64,000 nt of DNA, taken from Styela clava. Its lineage: Eukaryota. The notes under the pieces were generated by a model. The model was not told the origin of the DNA and made no database searches. It worked only from the letters and a program-made list of their open reading frames with translations. Location of the stretch: contig NC_135252.1 of the NCBI RefSeq assembly GCF_964204865.1, positions 13,454,001 to 13,518,000 of the forward strand. Reading direction: 5' to 3'. Every line of letters begins with the position of its first letter. Position 1 is the first letter of the stretch. The position numbers and the translations under genes were made by a program. This document shows, one piece after another, positions 1 to 14,347 of the stretch.

Positions 1-3000
1 TAGCTTGTGTACTCGGAGGCCGGAGCTGCATATGACAACAGTAACTATATATATAGTTATTTCCGTGGGTGCAGAATATAATATTTAGAAGCCGCAATAG
101 ACGAGGAAAAATATGCGATTTTGTTTACTGGAATATTATTCACCAATGTCACTGTATCGAGTCAATGACGGGACTTTGGCCTCCCATTTATCAGTCTCTA
201 AATAGAATAATAAATTGCGGACTCGTCATAATCTATCCACCAGGCGCCATTGAATGAATCGGATGATGATGATAAATTGGTTTTAGTACTTCGCCAAACA
301 ATGGCAAATTTGTATCAACCCTACAGGTACACAAGAGCTGATCAAAGGAAACGATCACATCGGTAAAAGACCATTCCAATTTAAATATCATAGCGGATTC
401 CATTGCCTTCTACGCACAATAATAAAAATACCTACAGACAGACACATGATTTGTGAGATCCGTTGTCGCTTCAATCAGCTTGTTCCGTAATCCGGACATA
501 ACCTGCATGATAAAATAAAGTTAGATATCGGCCTTCAATATGAATGGTTGCTGATCGTAAGAGCAGTGGGGATCATTCCACAGGGGGGGGGGGGGGGGGC
601 GTAAACAACTTTCTGAGGGTGCGTTAAGCTAATTAAAAATATTTGTTGTTAGATTCGATCTCGCCCGCCTTTATTTTGGATATTTACATTGCTTTATTTA
701 GTATATTTACATCCTATCCACGTATTTTCATCGTGTTTTTTGAATAAAGCATAATTTTGCCTTCCTATTTGTTATAGTTATGTTGAGGAGAGGCGCGAGA
801 CAAATTATAAAAGAGGGGCGCGGATCAAAAAGTTTGTGAACCACTGATAGAGTTTCGTTTGAATGTTTGAGTAATGAGTACTTACCTAAACTTATAATCG
901 CAATTGAGTTTATACAATTTCTCAAATCCATCTTGTGGATTAGTTATGAAATAAAACGGATTCCGAGTCTGGGTTAAACTTAGCCCATGGAGTGAATTTG
1001 GCCTAAAATTGAGGGTATATTGGCGATCAGGAAATTCTACAGCCAAAAATTTACTTCAATCCAACAAGAATACAAAGCGAGAGAAAGCAACGCTGGCAAG
1101 TGTACTTGAGTGTGAGTTTATTTGGACAAGTCATAGCGGAACGCTTTCATATGTTGACATATGGTACTTTAGTTTCAATACAAGCTATGATCAACAAGTA
1201 TTGTCATAAAATCGGTCATCGCGGTCTGTTACGCTTTCACTACGAAGAGACTTGTTTGCTGGTTGCGATTGTAAAGAAAAAACCTACGTTTTTGACTTCG
1301 AACTTTTTTAAGTGGGAAAATATTGGACTGAAATGGAGAATATGTTTTGACAACCTGAAATAAAGCATATATATAAATTGACACACTAAACAAATTAAAT
1401 TTTGCCACAATGCTCACAAACGCAGATCCAACAATGAAGAACGCACTTGACTAATAACGTGTCCAGAACTGAGTACGAGTAGCACTATAAATATTTTTCA
1501 TTTCATTATTTTAGGGAAGAAATTTCCATATGTGGGTAGTACGATAAATATTTCTCATTTAGCATTATTGTTAAATGATATTTATTCACACAATAATAAC
1601 TATTCAAACCCTAAACGCTAGCTTCAAACAGGCAAAGGAGGAAAAAGAAGAACCTATTTGAAGATTGCGAATCCTGAGTCGATGCGCGCACGAGTCTTCA
1701 AGAGAGGTTCCGACAACATGATAAGTCCCAAACTAAATTGACATATAAACCCATAATTTAGTGTGAATATACAACTCTATAGATATATTTATTTCAATAA
1801 TATATAAATAGTTTATTCCCAACGGACTAATAATCCTTGCATATATTGGCCATACGTCTTTTAGTTACATTTGACAAAGCCTGTTGGAGTCGGATCGGAT
1901 CATGCTTGTTCGCTTGTTCCGATAGAAACATAGTTCAAGCCATATTTTTTTATACGTCTTAAGGAATACTTCGGCCTGGAGAGCGGCACACGGTGCGTAG
2001 CGTTATGAACTAAATTGATATGACACCTCCAAATACTCTTGTAGAGGTTTGAACTATGTGGAGTTGAATTATGTGAATGAAGATTGCTAACTCATAGGTG
2101 TTTACGTAACCGCTGTTCGGCTATAGCTGCCTCCGCTATCAAGTTTATACAACCCAGAACTGATAATAACCGGTTAAAAAAACTATACCCGACATGGACT
2201 GGTAAGAGGACGAAAGACCGTGGGTCTTCACATGATCAAACCGATTTTGGCTTTCTATCCACTGGGATAATATGGAAAGAGTGTTATGGGAAAATTATTA
2301 CTTACTTCAACAAACTCTTGATTCGTGAGATTCGCTTTCACCCTATTCGCTTATGCTCGTATTCATGGCATAACCTAAATAATGAAATACAAGTTAGGAA
2401 ACTGTCGAATCCGAAATATTCCACCCAATTAAAAAAACGCTTTAGTGCAGAAATCCCTGCCAAGGTTCATTATTATTTCACTCAACACGTAGACACCCAA
2501 TGCGTATACGGATAGGATGTTTCGACTCTCAATAAATGATAGCAGTTATTTCTAGTAGTTTTTAGTTCTCATTTATGTTAAAGTTCTCCCTATTTTGGAA
2601 CTCTTTATTCCTTCCTCACTATGCATGAGAACTACTTTATTTGTTCAGTCTTCAATGGATCGTTTGTTGGAAATTGTAATAACTTACATGTTTGACTCAG
2701 ACGTAGCGGACGTCCTACATTCATTTCATGATCAGCTTTCAGCTTACAATGAAAAAATTTAAAGACAAATCTCAAACCCCGACAATTTCTGTAACACAAA
2801 TATCGGATTCTGATTATGCCCGTTGGATATTGTTTTAAAAAAGACGAATTTTAAGTTTCTGTTTCTAAACACCTCGGATTCAAAACGTAAAAACATAAGC
2901 TCCTTACGAGACGCATCGGAAGACACTAATCTTGCTTCACAAATAAAACGGTTCTTTCTATTAAATGAATTTAATCGCCAATTTTAAATTTATAAAATAG

Positions 3001-5466
3001 AAACCAAAAGATCGTGATATCGTGATGAACAACGGCAAAAAAGTCTTCAGTAAAGACAATGATTGTGTTGATAAAAACTTACTTTCAGTTAAATTGTTCC
3101 GTATGTTAGAATCCAGTTATGCTGAAGATCCATCTCCTATCCACTTCCGTCTGCACATGCATATTAATACAACATAAAATTGAAGGATAATTTAGTTGTA
3201 GAGAATTTCGCAATTGATATTGAGACATAAAATTGGGTCTGGACTACTTCTTACGGAGCGTGAGTTACTTATTGCGTAAGAGTTTCTTTTTTCTTACTCA
3301 TTATGTTCGTCAACAAAAAATAATCTCGGTGGTCGATAGAAAAACTACTAGGCTAAAATTGGTTTTACAAAATACGAAAGTTACATAAAATGAAATGAAT
3401 TTAACCGAACTGCAGACGCATAGTCATCAATACCAATCTAATACTTCATACTTAAGTGAATGAACGTTCGTCAACCTCATTTCCTTCAGCAGATCCCGAT
3501 GCCAACATTTCCAAAATTTGTGGTCTTATTCCACCTCGAATCAATAATTTTAGGCCTAATATTTGTCTAACTGCATTAGTAAACATAACTGTAAAAACAT
3601 AAAATTGCCTGCAAAGGAATGAGAAGCCTGTAAAGGAAGTCAGGTCATATACTAATTGCCGTTAGAGTAAATATTATTGGTTATACAGTCGAAACGTGGA
3701 TAATTGAAAAACTATTCAAAATGTAAATTTGAATGCGCTCAAAACAAAGGTAAGTTTCGCAGCGCAAGAGCCCAGTAGTATAAAACCGTCATATGTAATC
3801 GGATTCGTGTTAAGGGTAAAAAAATAAGACAACACAATGACACTGTCGTAATTATAAAACTTTTAAGGTTGTATACCGTATTGCCCGCGCTTGTGCACTT
3901 ATGGCTGTAAATAAATTAACAGTTACCTAATTACTCCTTGATCGTATCCCGTGAGTCTTCGATTCATAAATTGGACAGCAATCGTTGCATTAATACTATG
4001 TTATGGTCTAACTAATATTATTTAGTTTAAATTTAGCTGGTAGTCATGGTAACTTTCGTTTTTGTTCCTCATCAACACGTCAACTTCGTAGACATTAAAT
4101 CAACAGTTGTAGGCCTAAACCTAGGTCTAACTGCATTAGTAAAGCTTTAAGCCTTAGAAAAGCGGCTTTTAAAAGAAAAACGTTAGAATATAGATGGAAA
4201 AACAAATTGAGAAATGAAACTGCTGTTGACGTCGTCAAACTGACTGACATGATCAAAAAGTTTGATGTAATAAAGAAATTAAAAAAAGCCATCTATCTGC
4301 AAAATAAATGACCGTTGAAATGACAAGTAATGTCATCTGTACTATTTCCGGAACATCTCAGCACAACCGCATCTTTGTCGAGGTTTTATTTCAACAATGA
4401 TGTAGATCTTACATTCAAAATGGCCCACACATCTTTGCCCGGTGGCATCTTTCCTAGGGTCTTTGATACAACGCAAATACTCTTCGCTACCAATCTGGTG
4501 CTATATTATGGCCTAACTGAAATCCCTATTTTAATTTGTATTTTAATCGTAGTTTGTTTCGCCCCAGCAGTTCCCGATGTCAACATTCGCAGCTTGTTCA
4601 TATCCAGTCAGTTTGCATAAACACGGTCTGAAATACATGATATAGCTATAAGATACAATATTTAGCCTGAATAAAAGCTTAACACAAGCTAAAAGCCATA
4701 ATAGGGAAATTTGTAAATATTGAATTCATCTAAATTGTAAATTTGAATACAAAGTATCTTACATGTTGTAACTGGAATATTTTCTTTCGATCGCCTTTAT
4801 TTGTTTACGCCGCCGTCTTTGGCTCAACAATTACATACCAAGAATCATTTAGTACTATTCTAGGGTCTAACTGAAGAAATAAGTTGATCTCTAATATTCA
4901 TTGCAGATTCCGATTTAGATTCGCCTCACTAATTTCAGAACTTGTAATCTCAATTCCTCTTTGTAGATATTTGAATGAATAATTGCAGGCCTAGTTTTAT
5001 TGTAACTGCATTGGTATAGCTACAAACGTCTTAAAAAATGTCTGTGAGGTAATACAAACTTGAATTATAAGAGGATTAACGACACAAAGACGAACATAAA
5101 CCATTTAACGCAAAAAAATCACAAAAATAAAATCAATGCTCACCTGACGGCGTCAAATTCGGAAAGACCGCCTAAGCGCAGACAAGTTTTGACGTGGCAA
5201 GAAAAAAGTCCGAATATAATAAAGAAACAAAGAGGGTGGGAGAGAGCGCAAAATGAAGATGCATTTTCATTCGTTTTTACGAATCACCTGTCTTACCGGG
5301 ACTTTGACATCGCTGCGGTCGGTAACCATACAGGAAGTTAGCAGTTGTTAAAAAGGATAGCTTCAAACCGATTCTTTCACCTTGGCAAACCGAAGGATTA
5401 CGATAAAGATTTCTGTGGAAAATAGGTTTGGTAAACTGATTCCAGGTGAGCAAATTATTTTCTTCT

Positions 5467-6885
5467 ATGTCTACCCCTCAAGGGGATACTAGAACACATC
5501 TGGAGGAATGTAAACCGGGCAAACGTACTTGTGATAGTGGATTTCATACGATGTCCAAGAAAGCCGCCACCGAAAGGGCGAGTAACAGATCTTCCGATAA
5601 TGAAATTGCTATAGAGCTTATTAACTACGTTATTTTGAAAGGAATTGATCGACAGCTTCGATCTTATAGGCCCACCATAATAGAATCTTCCATAAATACT
5701 TTAGTGGGTGTTGTAAAGAATATAAAAGTTCTACAATCGGGAGACCTGAGGATTGAATGTGCGAATTCGGCCCAAATTGAACGTTGCTTGGTTGTAAACA
5801 ACTAGGCAATGCCGAGTATAAAATACCAATCACAACAGAATTAGCTCCGAGATTAGATGTAATAACGCGTGCTGTAATTAGTGGCGTACCACTGGAAATG
5901 ACCAACGAAGAAATACTCTATGAATTAAGAAACAAAAATAAGCATTGCTCGTATGTTCGACGACTCAAAATGCGATCCAAGGAAATCACTCCTTCACAAG
6001 AAAGTATCTCTTTTGAAAATACGCCAACAGTTAAAACTGTATTAAAAGATAGCTTGTCAGTACTGATTGGTTTCGACACTCATATTATCCCATCCACAGT
6101 AAAATTAGGTAGGTAAATTAGGTCTTAATTTCAGAACGAGACCATATAAGCCTTTGCCGATTAGATGTTTTCAGTGCAATAGGTATGGCCATATAGGAAA
6201 GTATTGCCGAGGTTTTAAAAGATGTACCAGATGTGGTAGTAGGGAACACGCTCAAGAAAATTGTTCCAATACGCCAAGATGTGTGAATTGCGGTGGTTCA
6301 CACAGTGCAGGATATGCAGGGTGTAAACGATACCGAACAGAAACTAAAATCCTTGCCATGACAGCAACAAATAATATTTCATACACCGAGGCCAGAAATA
6401 ACGTTACCCAAACAAAAAGTCAATCACTTTCGCAAAATGAATTCCCTGCGCTGAATCATAATAATGTGACACATGCACCCCGAGAATATAATAGTACATC
6501 CTGGGTAGAAGCTGTCAAAACGAAGCACTATGAAAACGTGCCATATGCAGGATTCCCACGCCAGCCTTCTCCGAACTGGGCAAATGATATCCCTGAGCGA
6601 CAATCGCCGCATACACACAATATATGTCCACAAGAAAGTGATAAATCACAGTCTAGCTCTTCCCCAGACAGCATGATATCTCTAAACCCGATGCTATTTC
6701 TTGCATTCATATCAGAAGTGATAACCAGCACTATTGCACAAAAAGACTCGGGTACATCGATGGATGTTCACTCAATTGTATCGACATCAGCAGCCAGATT
6801 AGGACTAATGATAAATGCAGACTGTATCAAACATTTGCTCTCAAATGATGTCGATTTCGAAGATCTTACCAGAGATGACGAATAA
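5467..6885 (+). pseudogene. LINE ORF1 (gag-like, zinc knuckles), frameshifted
   Basis: ORFs 5446-5805, 5784-6116 and 6154-6885 lie in different frames; SGDLRIEC and AVISGVP motifs; knuckles CFQCNRYGHIGKYC, CTRCGSREHAQENC, CVNCGGSHSAGYAGC. Confidence 0.88.
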
Positions 6886-6958
6886 TATTACACCAATTAG
6901 CTTATTACAATGGAACTGCAGGGGCATCTATCGAAAATTATACGAGTTTAAACGATAT

Positions 6959-7174
6959 GTATACTGCCGCAACTACTGGTATTCAGTAGTTTTGTCTTAT
7001 TTAGTTACTTTTTTATACTAACCTGCATCAGCTAGGTGTCGCTGCTTGAAGACCTTTATAGGTCCCTCGCGACTCCAGTCACACAATTAACATGATCAGT
7101 ATATTTCATTTATTGTAACAGTTTTCTATATGCTTGTTTTTTGTGTTGACAAATAAAAGATTGATTGATTGATT
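6959..7174 (+). mobile_element. 3' end of a CR1/L2-type LINE or a SINE nested in the I-element endonuclease
   Basis: Ends in AATAAAA(GATT)4; internal hairpin GTCGC..GACCT-TTAT-AGGTC..GCGAC; removing it restores the frame YEFKRY-IQQMNNRPDIV; GATAT on both sides. Confidence 0.75.
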
Positions 7175-9072
7175 GATATATACAACAAATGAATAACAGA
7201 CCAGACATAGTAATGCTCCAAGAAACCCATCTTATTGCCGAATATACGCCAACACTGTACGGTTACACATTATTACGAAAGGACAGAGACGTTCACGGTG
7301 GCGGAGTAGCAATATTTATTAAAAATACTTTGCCATTCATTAAAATTGAATTAATAACGCCACAATCTATAGAGGCTCAATGTATTGAAGTTAACAAAAT
7401 CAAATTTGTCAATATGTATATTCCGCCAAACGCTAATTTCGCACATGACGAATTTATCAACATTTTCGACAAATTCCGTGGCAAATACCTGATTGCTGGT
7501 GATCTAAATGCTCACCATCAATTATGGAGTAGACGTATACCGAACAATCGTGGCGATATATTGTATGCAGCTTTGGAAAAATACAACATGACGATTTTAA
7601 ATACTAGCGTTCCTACAAGACTGGACTTATCTAGTCAGCGAACGTTGGTCGTTATTAGATCTCACTCTAGCATCTGAAGCGTTAGCGCATAAGTGCAAAA
7701 CTTCTGTTGTAGACGTCTTTTTAGGTAGCGACCATCGCATGGTTCTTACTGGGATTAACGAAGTCACTCATAGATTGAATGCACACGTACCTAAATGGAA
7801 ATATGAATACGCAGATTGGAAAAAATTCACATACACATGCTCAAGTTTAATTAGCGATACTACTGAAATAAATGATATTGAAAAAGTCAGCAATAGTTTG
7901 GCATCTTATATTTATACCGCGGCGTCCAAGTCCATTCCGCGTTCAAAACCCCATACCAAAAATAGCGTACCTTGGTGGAATAAGTCATGCGAAAAATCAG
8001 TACGTTTAAAACGAGCAGCTTACTTGAAAATGAAGAGAACATTCAGTATGCAAGATATAATTTGGTTCAAACGTTGTAGATCTCAAACTAGGAAAACTAT
8101 ATTAAAAGCCAAACGCGATTCTTGGAGAAAATACTGCGACTCCATTGATAAGAACACTAAGCTAGATCAAGTATGGCATATGATGAAGGCATTTTGTAGA
8201 CACGGATTTAATCCTGGAATTCGAACCTTACAATTAGATAATCATAATTTTGTAACTGAATACGACATTTCCAATGTTCTTGCAACAACGTTTGCAGCTG
8301 TTTCAAGTTCGGAAAACTATGACACAAACTTTAAATCTCGAAAGCAAGAATTCAATTTGACAGAGGAAAGAGCCAAACTACCACCCAGACAAGATCAAGT
8401 TCTCGACTCTCTTTTTACTATGGCTGAACTAAAAACAGCCTTGAAAACACGAAAAGCAACTTCTCCTGGACAGGACGGTATAGGATATCCAATGCTAAAT
8501 CACCTTCCTCCTCATGATCTAAAAATTCTTCTGAATCTTTTCAACAAAATATGGTCGTCGGGCGATATCCCATCTACCTGGAGACATTCTATAGTCACTC
8601 CTATCCTTAAATCTAATAAGCCAGCAACAGATCCCTTATCTTACCGACCTATTTCTTTAACAAGCAATATCTGTAAAACAATGGAGCGCATGGTTACAAA
8701 CAGGTTAAGATGGTATCGCCGCGGAAGGCGTACGATTGACCATATTCTCCGATTGCACGATGAAGTATATAAGTCGTTGCCGAACAAGCGTTCCGTAATT
8801 GCGGTTTTCATTGACATGGAGAAAGCCTATGATATGGTTTGGAGAGATGGACTTCTTTATAAGATCCGTGTCATAGGTATAGGAGGTTCTATGTATAAGT
8901 GGATTGCCTCTTTTTTGAGTAGAAGAACTTTCCAAGTTAGAGTAGGAAATACTTTATCAGCGGTCAAAACAATTGATAATGGCATAGTACAGGGTAGTGT
9001 AATAACCCCATTGCTCTTTACTATCATGATTAATGACATATCAAAAGGAATAACCTCGGAAATGGGTATTTT

Positions 9073-9240
9073 AGCTGACGATGTTGCATTTTGGGAAACC
9101 GACTTGAATATTGAATGTATTGTACCCAGAATACAATCGTCATTGAATACAATTCCCAGCTGACGATGTTGCATTTTGGGAAACCGACTTGAATATTGAA
9201 TGTATTGTACCCAGAATACAATCGTCATTGAATACAATTC
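9073..9240 (+). repeat. 83-bp exact tandem duplication within the RT domain
   Basis: 9073-9155 is repeated at 9158-9240 with a CC spacer, causing a frameshift. Confidence 0.92.
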
Positions 9241-12200
9241 ACAATTGGTGCAGACTCTGGGGTTTCCGAATATCTAAATCTAAGTCTACATTTATTCTTT
9301 TTACAAGGAAACGAAAAATACCTCATCTAAGTCTAAATATTGGTACGGACTCACTAACAAGGTCAATGCATTACAAATATCTAGGTGTTATATTCGACCC
9401 ACTTCTTAAATATAAAAAGCATATTGAATATATTAAGACAAAGTGTATCAAAAGAATAAATTTACTACGTATACTTTCAGGAACTACCTGGGGATCTGCC
9501 AAAGGTCCATTACTCATACTATATAGGACACTCATTCGTTCATTGATTGAATACGGATTTGAAGCATATTTTTTTGCCCCACGAACATGGCTCGATCCAA
9601 TCATGAAAATTCAAAACTCATGTCTAAGGATATGTTGTGGCTCAATGTCAAGTTCCAGCATCAAATCATTGCAAGCGGCATCTGAAGAAATGCAACTACA
9701 CATCCGACATCTTCTGAAATGCCTAACTTATAGATGTCATCTATTATCATACAGCATAATTGATCATCCTGCTCATTCCATAATCAAAGACTCGTGGCAA
9801 GAGATATATCCAGACTCCGTCACATTTAAGTCATTCAATATGCTCACGAAATCCTCAATATTCCAACAATTTAAAATAAAACCAAGAATAACACCATCGT
9901 TACCATACTGGAACTATGATTGCCCACATGTTGATCTTACCCTAGCTGAAACTCTGAACAAAGATGTTTCTCCCGATGTAGTGCGTTTGACTTTGACGGA
10001 ACATCTCGAACATTACTATCCAAACTATTTAATAATTTTCACAGACGGATCAAAAAATGAAAATGGCTGTGGATCCGCTTTTTTCGTACCATCGAGATCA
10101 GTCGAACACAGCTACCCCTTACCTCAACTGAGCTCTTCATATAATGCGGAACTAAATGCAATCCTACAATCGCTGAAATGGGTCAACGATCAATGCAATG
10201 CATACGAAACCGTTATCTTATCAGATTGCCAAAGTGCATTACAATCTATTGAAGCCTGCACGGATTCCTCTAATGAATTCGTCGTTGACATCAAATCTTC
10301 ATATTTCCAAACTATCGCTATGGGGAAACGAGTCACCTTTTTATGGATCCCCGGGCATAAGGACATTCCGGGAAACGAACGTGTTGATTTACTAGCAAAG
10401 CAAGCTACCATTTCTCCAAACTCTGCTGCTTGTATGGACATTGAAGAAAATGAAGCTAAATCTTTGTTGTCTGATGTTTGTCATCGCAAATGGGATACCG
10501 AATATATACAAAGTGAAGATACAAACCATTTTAAGATGTTTCACCCAGAACTACCCATAATCCAATATTCAAACTTACAACGGAAGTACGAAATAATGCT
10601 CTTTCGTTTACAGACGGGACATTGTCGATCAAATAGCCATTTACAAAAACTGGGATGTCATCAAGACGGACTATGCTCTTTTTGTCACGTGAAAGAAACC
10701 GTTGCTCATTTAATTCTGTTCTGCAGACGTTTCAACAATCAACGATCCAATTTACTAAAATTATGTGCCGAATATGATGTACCATTTCGGCTTCAATATT
10801 TACTAACAGATTGTAAAATTTTATTTCATGTGCTAAAATTTGTCGAATCTACTGGTAGACCCATTTAATAGCAACAAAGAAATTATTTTAAATAATTTCC
10901 CCTAGATAAATAAATAGCCTATCACGACCTGGTGCAAAAAGCTTTGATTGAGCTGTAAGCACCATACTACCCCTATCACACACACACACACAACTGTCTT
11001 ACCACTACAGCCATATAATAATCTAGATAAATTTCATTCTAGACATTATATAATATGCTACATTATAAAAATAGTTGGCAGAAAGATAGTCAACCCACCC
11101 GTTCCTGGTCGATTGTAGATTAGAACTATTCCGTATTTGTTGAAAATATTCGATAACAAAAATGCAATTTTTCTACCCCTAGCAAGGGCGAATCTAGGGC
11201 GGTCATGGCAAAGTTTAAAATGCGCCTCCCTTGATAGTTAGTTGACAATTTATAATGAGTGTTATTTAAATGAGATACATGTACGTTATTATTTGTGTAA
11301 AAATACGAGTTTTAGTTATTTCCAATTCGAAATTATTTTATTAAATCATTTTACAATTAAAACTTTCTGCTCTTTTTGCGCCCCCGCCCAAAACAGTGAC
11401 TATGGCACGAGCCATGCTTGCCACACCCTAGATACGCCACATACCCCTAGTTAGTTGGTTCGTACGTTAAAATATAATTAAGACGATATGTCGAGTAGCA
11501 ACATGGAAAGGGTTTCTCTGGGGAAAATCATTTTTGCCCGCGTTGTAGATTCGATTTTTGGCCCACAATTAGCTAAATGTTGCCCCCCCCCCCCTGATTT
11601 TCACAAACTGAAAAGCATCGAATACGTGCTTCCCAAAAATTGTATTACCATAAGCTCAATTTCCCCTAATATAGAAAATAAATGTCCAAGCGGGAATCAA
11701 ATTTAATAGCAGCAATAACATAAGAATCCATAAATACAAGAACAACATCTTGATTTATTCTCAGTGAGAAGGGTGTCACTGTTTCTGCGATATTGAACAA
11801 TCAAATCCTGGGCATATCATATCATCGTCAATTATAAACTTGACTTTATATTTTGTTTTAATGAATGTCATTGCAACAAATAGATTAAGTGACACTGAAT
11901 CGAAAAATGTTAAATACGTCTTTGAAAGAATGACATATTTATGTTGGAGGCAAACAAAAAACAACTGTAGCTGCAATTTTCAGAATTGAATTTGACGCAA
12001 AGAAATTTCGAAAGTAAAACCATACTTTCCGTAGCTTTTCTTTGGCGTCATTTCAGCAGTTTAGATTTCACACAATACTAAGCTTCATTGCAGCTATAAT
12101 AACAGAGACTATAAGTCTCTTCTAACCTTATGACCAATTACATTGTGATGTAACAATAATTGTCAACAGGATGCAAACACGGTTCGCCAGTTTTTCGGCA

Positions 12201-14347
12201 AAGTAGCGGAAAAGATGGCGATAACAAAATAAATTGTTACTACAATGAAGATCCGCAAACCACCCCAAAATTGTCTAATTATCCTCTTTTGGGTTGAGTA
12301 CCCCCAGTTTATGTGCCACTGGCCTAGCAAATACCATACGAATTATATGCCAGCAGTACCAGTAACCGTAGTCCGTATTCTTCTCAAGAATAGCATACGC
12401 AAAACTAAATTTAAACTTCTTAAATTCGAAAGATTTGTAATTAAATGCCGAACAAAAATTGCTATAACGAATAGATATTGCACGCTATATTTCAGAATTT
12501 TGTCATTTGGAATTTATTCAAAGCCTTTTTGTTCGCTGTTCTTCCCAGCACACTGCACGAAATATCTTTTTCCCTTCTTAAAAATTAAAGGTAAAGTCCG
12601 GTTGTTTTCCACAGTTGAATCATAAGCGGCTGCTTTAATTCAACGAATTCAGTGATATACACGCTTTTATAACATTCTGTATTTTTCAACATGATTTTGC
12701 TAGCTGGTTTTGCTAAAATGACAGTGGCACTCATGTACTAGTGTGGGCTTCGCGACGAAAAGAGATTGAAATTGCTCGCACAATTAAAACTAAAATAAAA
12801 TCACGTTTCGCGGGCACACCATTCAAAATTGACACTTTCCGCAATTTTCTTCGCGGGCCGCAGTTTGCACACCCCTGGCCTAAATTCTCGATTAATGTTT
12901 GATTCTTGAAAGAGATGATCAATTCTTTCAAGCAAATGATGTGTCATTGAAATGGAGTTTTACTAGTACCTCACGCAGAAATTCGAATCATGGGGGTAGC
13001 GAAGAAATAAGTCTTTTTTCGAGTTTGATTGAAAATGATCAATATTTTGAAATCCTTTTAAATCTCATCTTTCTTCCAATTTCTTTTTTAAAATGAATAC
13101 TCGCTTTTCATTTTGAGGAATGTATAATACAATGCCGTCAGCTCATCGAAATGACCTAAAGTAACCCCCGGAATATAAAAGGCCCGCTCACGTCGATTCG
13201 GTGACAAAAAATAGTTTGGCATCGGTCAGAGATCACGCCACACATAGCGCTCGTCGCTTCCAATGCGGCCCATAATGAGAGGTTAAAAGCTCTGACGTAG
13301 TTTATAAACTTCATTGTGTTTCAAGATGCTCTTATGCTATACAAGGGCGGTCGCTGTAAATTTGTAGTTCGAAATGCGCTCTTATAACAGCAGACATCAC
13401 TCTGATTAATATAGCTGATTTTCTTCAATAGCCTATAAAAAGAAAATGGCCTTGTCGCGGAGGTTCGACTTTGTCATTACTATTTTCGGTAAATTCGAAA
13501 ATCGCGTTTAGCTATCACATTGTAGTCTTTTAGTAATTGACCCCAGTGTATATGCCAGCCAAAAGAACATGTCTACATGGCGGATTGAATTGTATGACGT
13601 TTGATCTACAGCGCGCCATTGTTTGAAATATGTTCACGTGCTAATCGGAACAAAATTAACGACCCGTGTTGAGTTTACAGAGTACGGAAATTCTTCGGAC
13701 GCTGACTGGGCCGATGGTGGAGGGTGGTGCCATATTCTTTGAAATGAGACGATTAAAGCGAGGTTCGATTATATAGTAAGGTTACATCGAGTCACAAGTG
13801 CTTTTGTAGTATTTATTGACATAACCAATTCACTGATGATTGTCCTAACCCCTTCCACGCTTGAAAAGATATGTATTTTTAGAACTCCTGTGTTGTGGTA
13901 GTAACATGCCTATGGGCTTATTCAATATTCAGAGTGTGGTAGAACCGCTTATTTTGTTGGTATAATACAGTGAAATAAGAATTTAGTATTTTTGGTATTG
14001 TGCGAAAATCGCCCTTTTTCGTCGTACTGCATCAGGTTTCAGATTTGGTATGATTATTCTAGAAACTCGGGCATGATTCTCGATCTATATCCTACTATTT
14101 GTTGATATATTTCTGAAATAAATGCCTTTGAATTTGATGTTACAACGTAAAAGATTTTGAGCAGGTTGAGATTGTAGCAAAGTACGTCCCAGACACTTGT
14201 GTATATTTTGTCAACGGTCAAACCGAATTGTGTTGAATAACCATTTTAAACTACTGTTTAAATAACAGAACTTTAATTCATATACGGAATTTTTTTTTAA
14301 TTAAGCCATAGACTTGTTATAGAATACATAGCTTTGGTCCCACTACC

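Larger units (their letters stand above)
6875..10868 (+). pseudogene. LINE ORF2: AP endonuclease, reverse transcriptase, RNase H, C-terminal CCHC; disrupted
   Basis: LLQWNCRG, MLQET, GDLNAHH (APE); SPGQDG, YRPISLTS, DMEKAYD, GIVQGS, LADD (RT); FTDGS, NAEL, LSDCQS, WIPGH..GNE.VD (RNase H); CSFC..ETVAH...C. Disrupted by a nested insertion, a frameshift near 7660, an apparent deletion near 8715 and an 83-bp duplication. Confidence 0.93.
5298..10993 (+). mobile_element. Full-length I-group (I/Nimb/Ingi-like) non-LTR retrotransposon, inactivated
   Basis: 10-bp direct repeat CTGTCTTACC at 5288-5297 and 10994-11003 (TSD); (CA)n 3' tail at about 10977-10993; gag-like ORF1 followed by APE-RT-RNase H ORF2. 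Confidence 0.93.

Noticed and set aside
583-599. Poly-G tract as a G-quadruplex regulatory element
   Set aside because: It appears to lie in a degenerate repeat fragment, and no linked gene was identified
2084-2515. 143-aa ORF; another frame gives HWDNMERVLW, faintly actin-like
   Set aside because: Non-ATG start, no sustained similarity to any family I recognise, and no supporting exon structure
3485-5020. Short recurring motifs (CAGCAG.TCCCGATG.CAACATT; AGGCCTA...TAACTGCATT.GTA)
   Set aside because: Too degenerate to define boundaries or classify by eye
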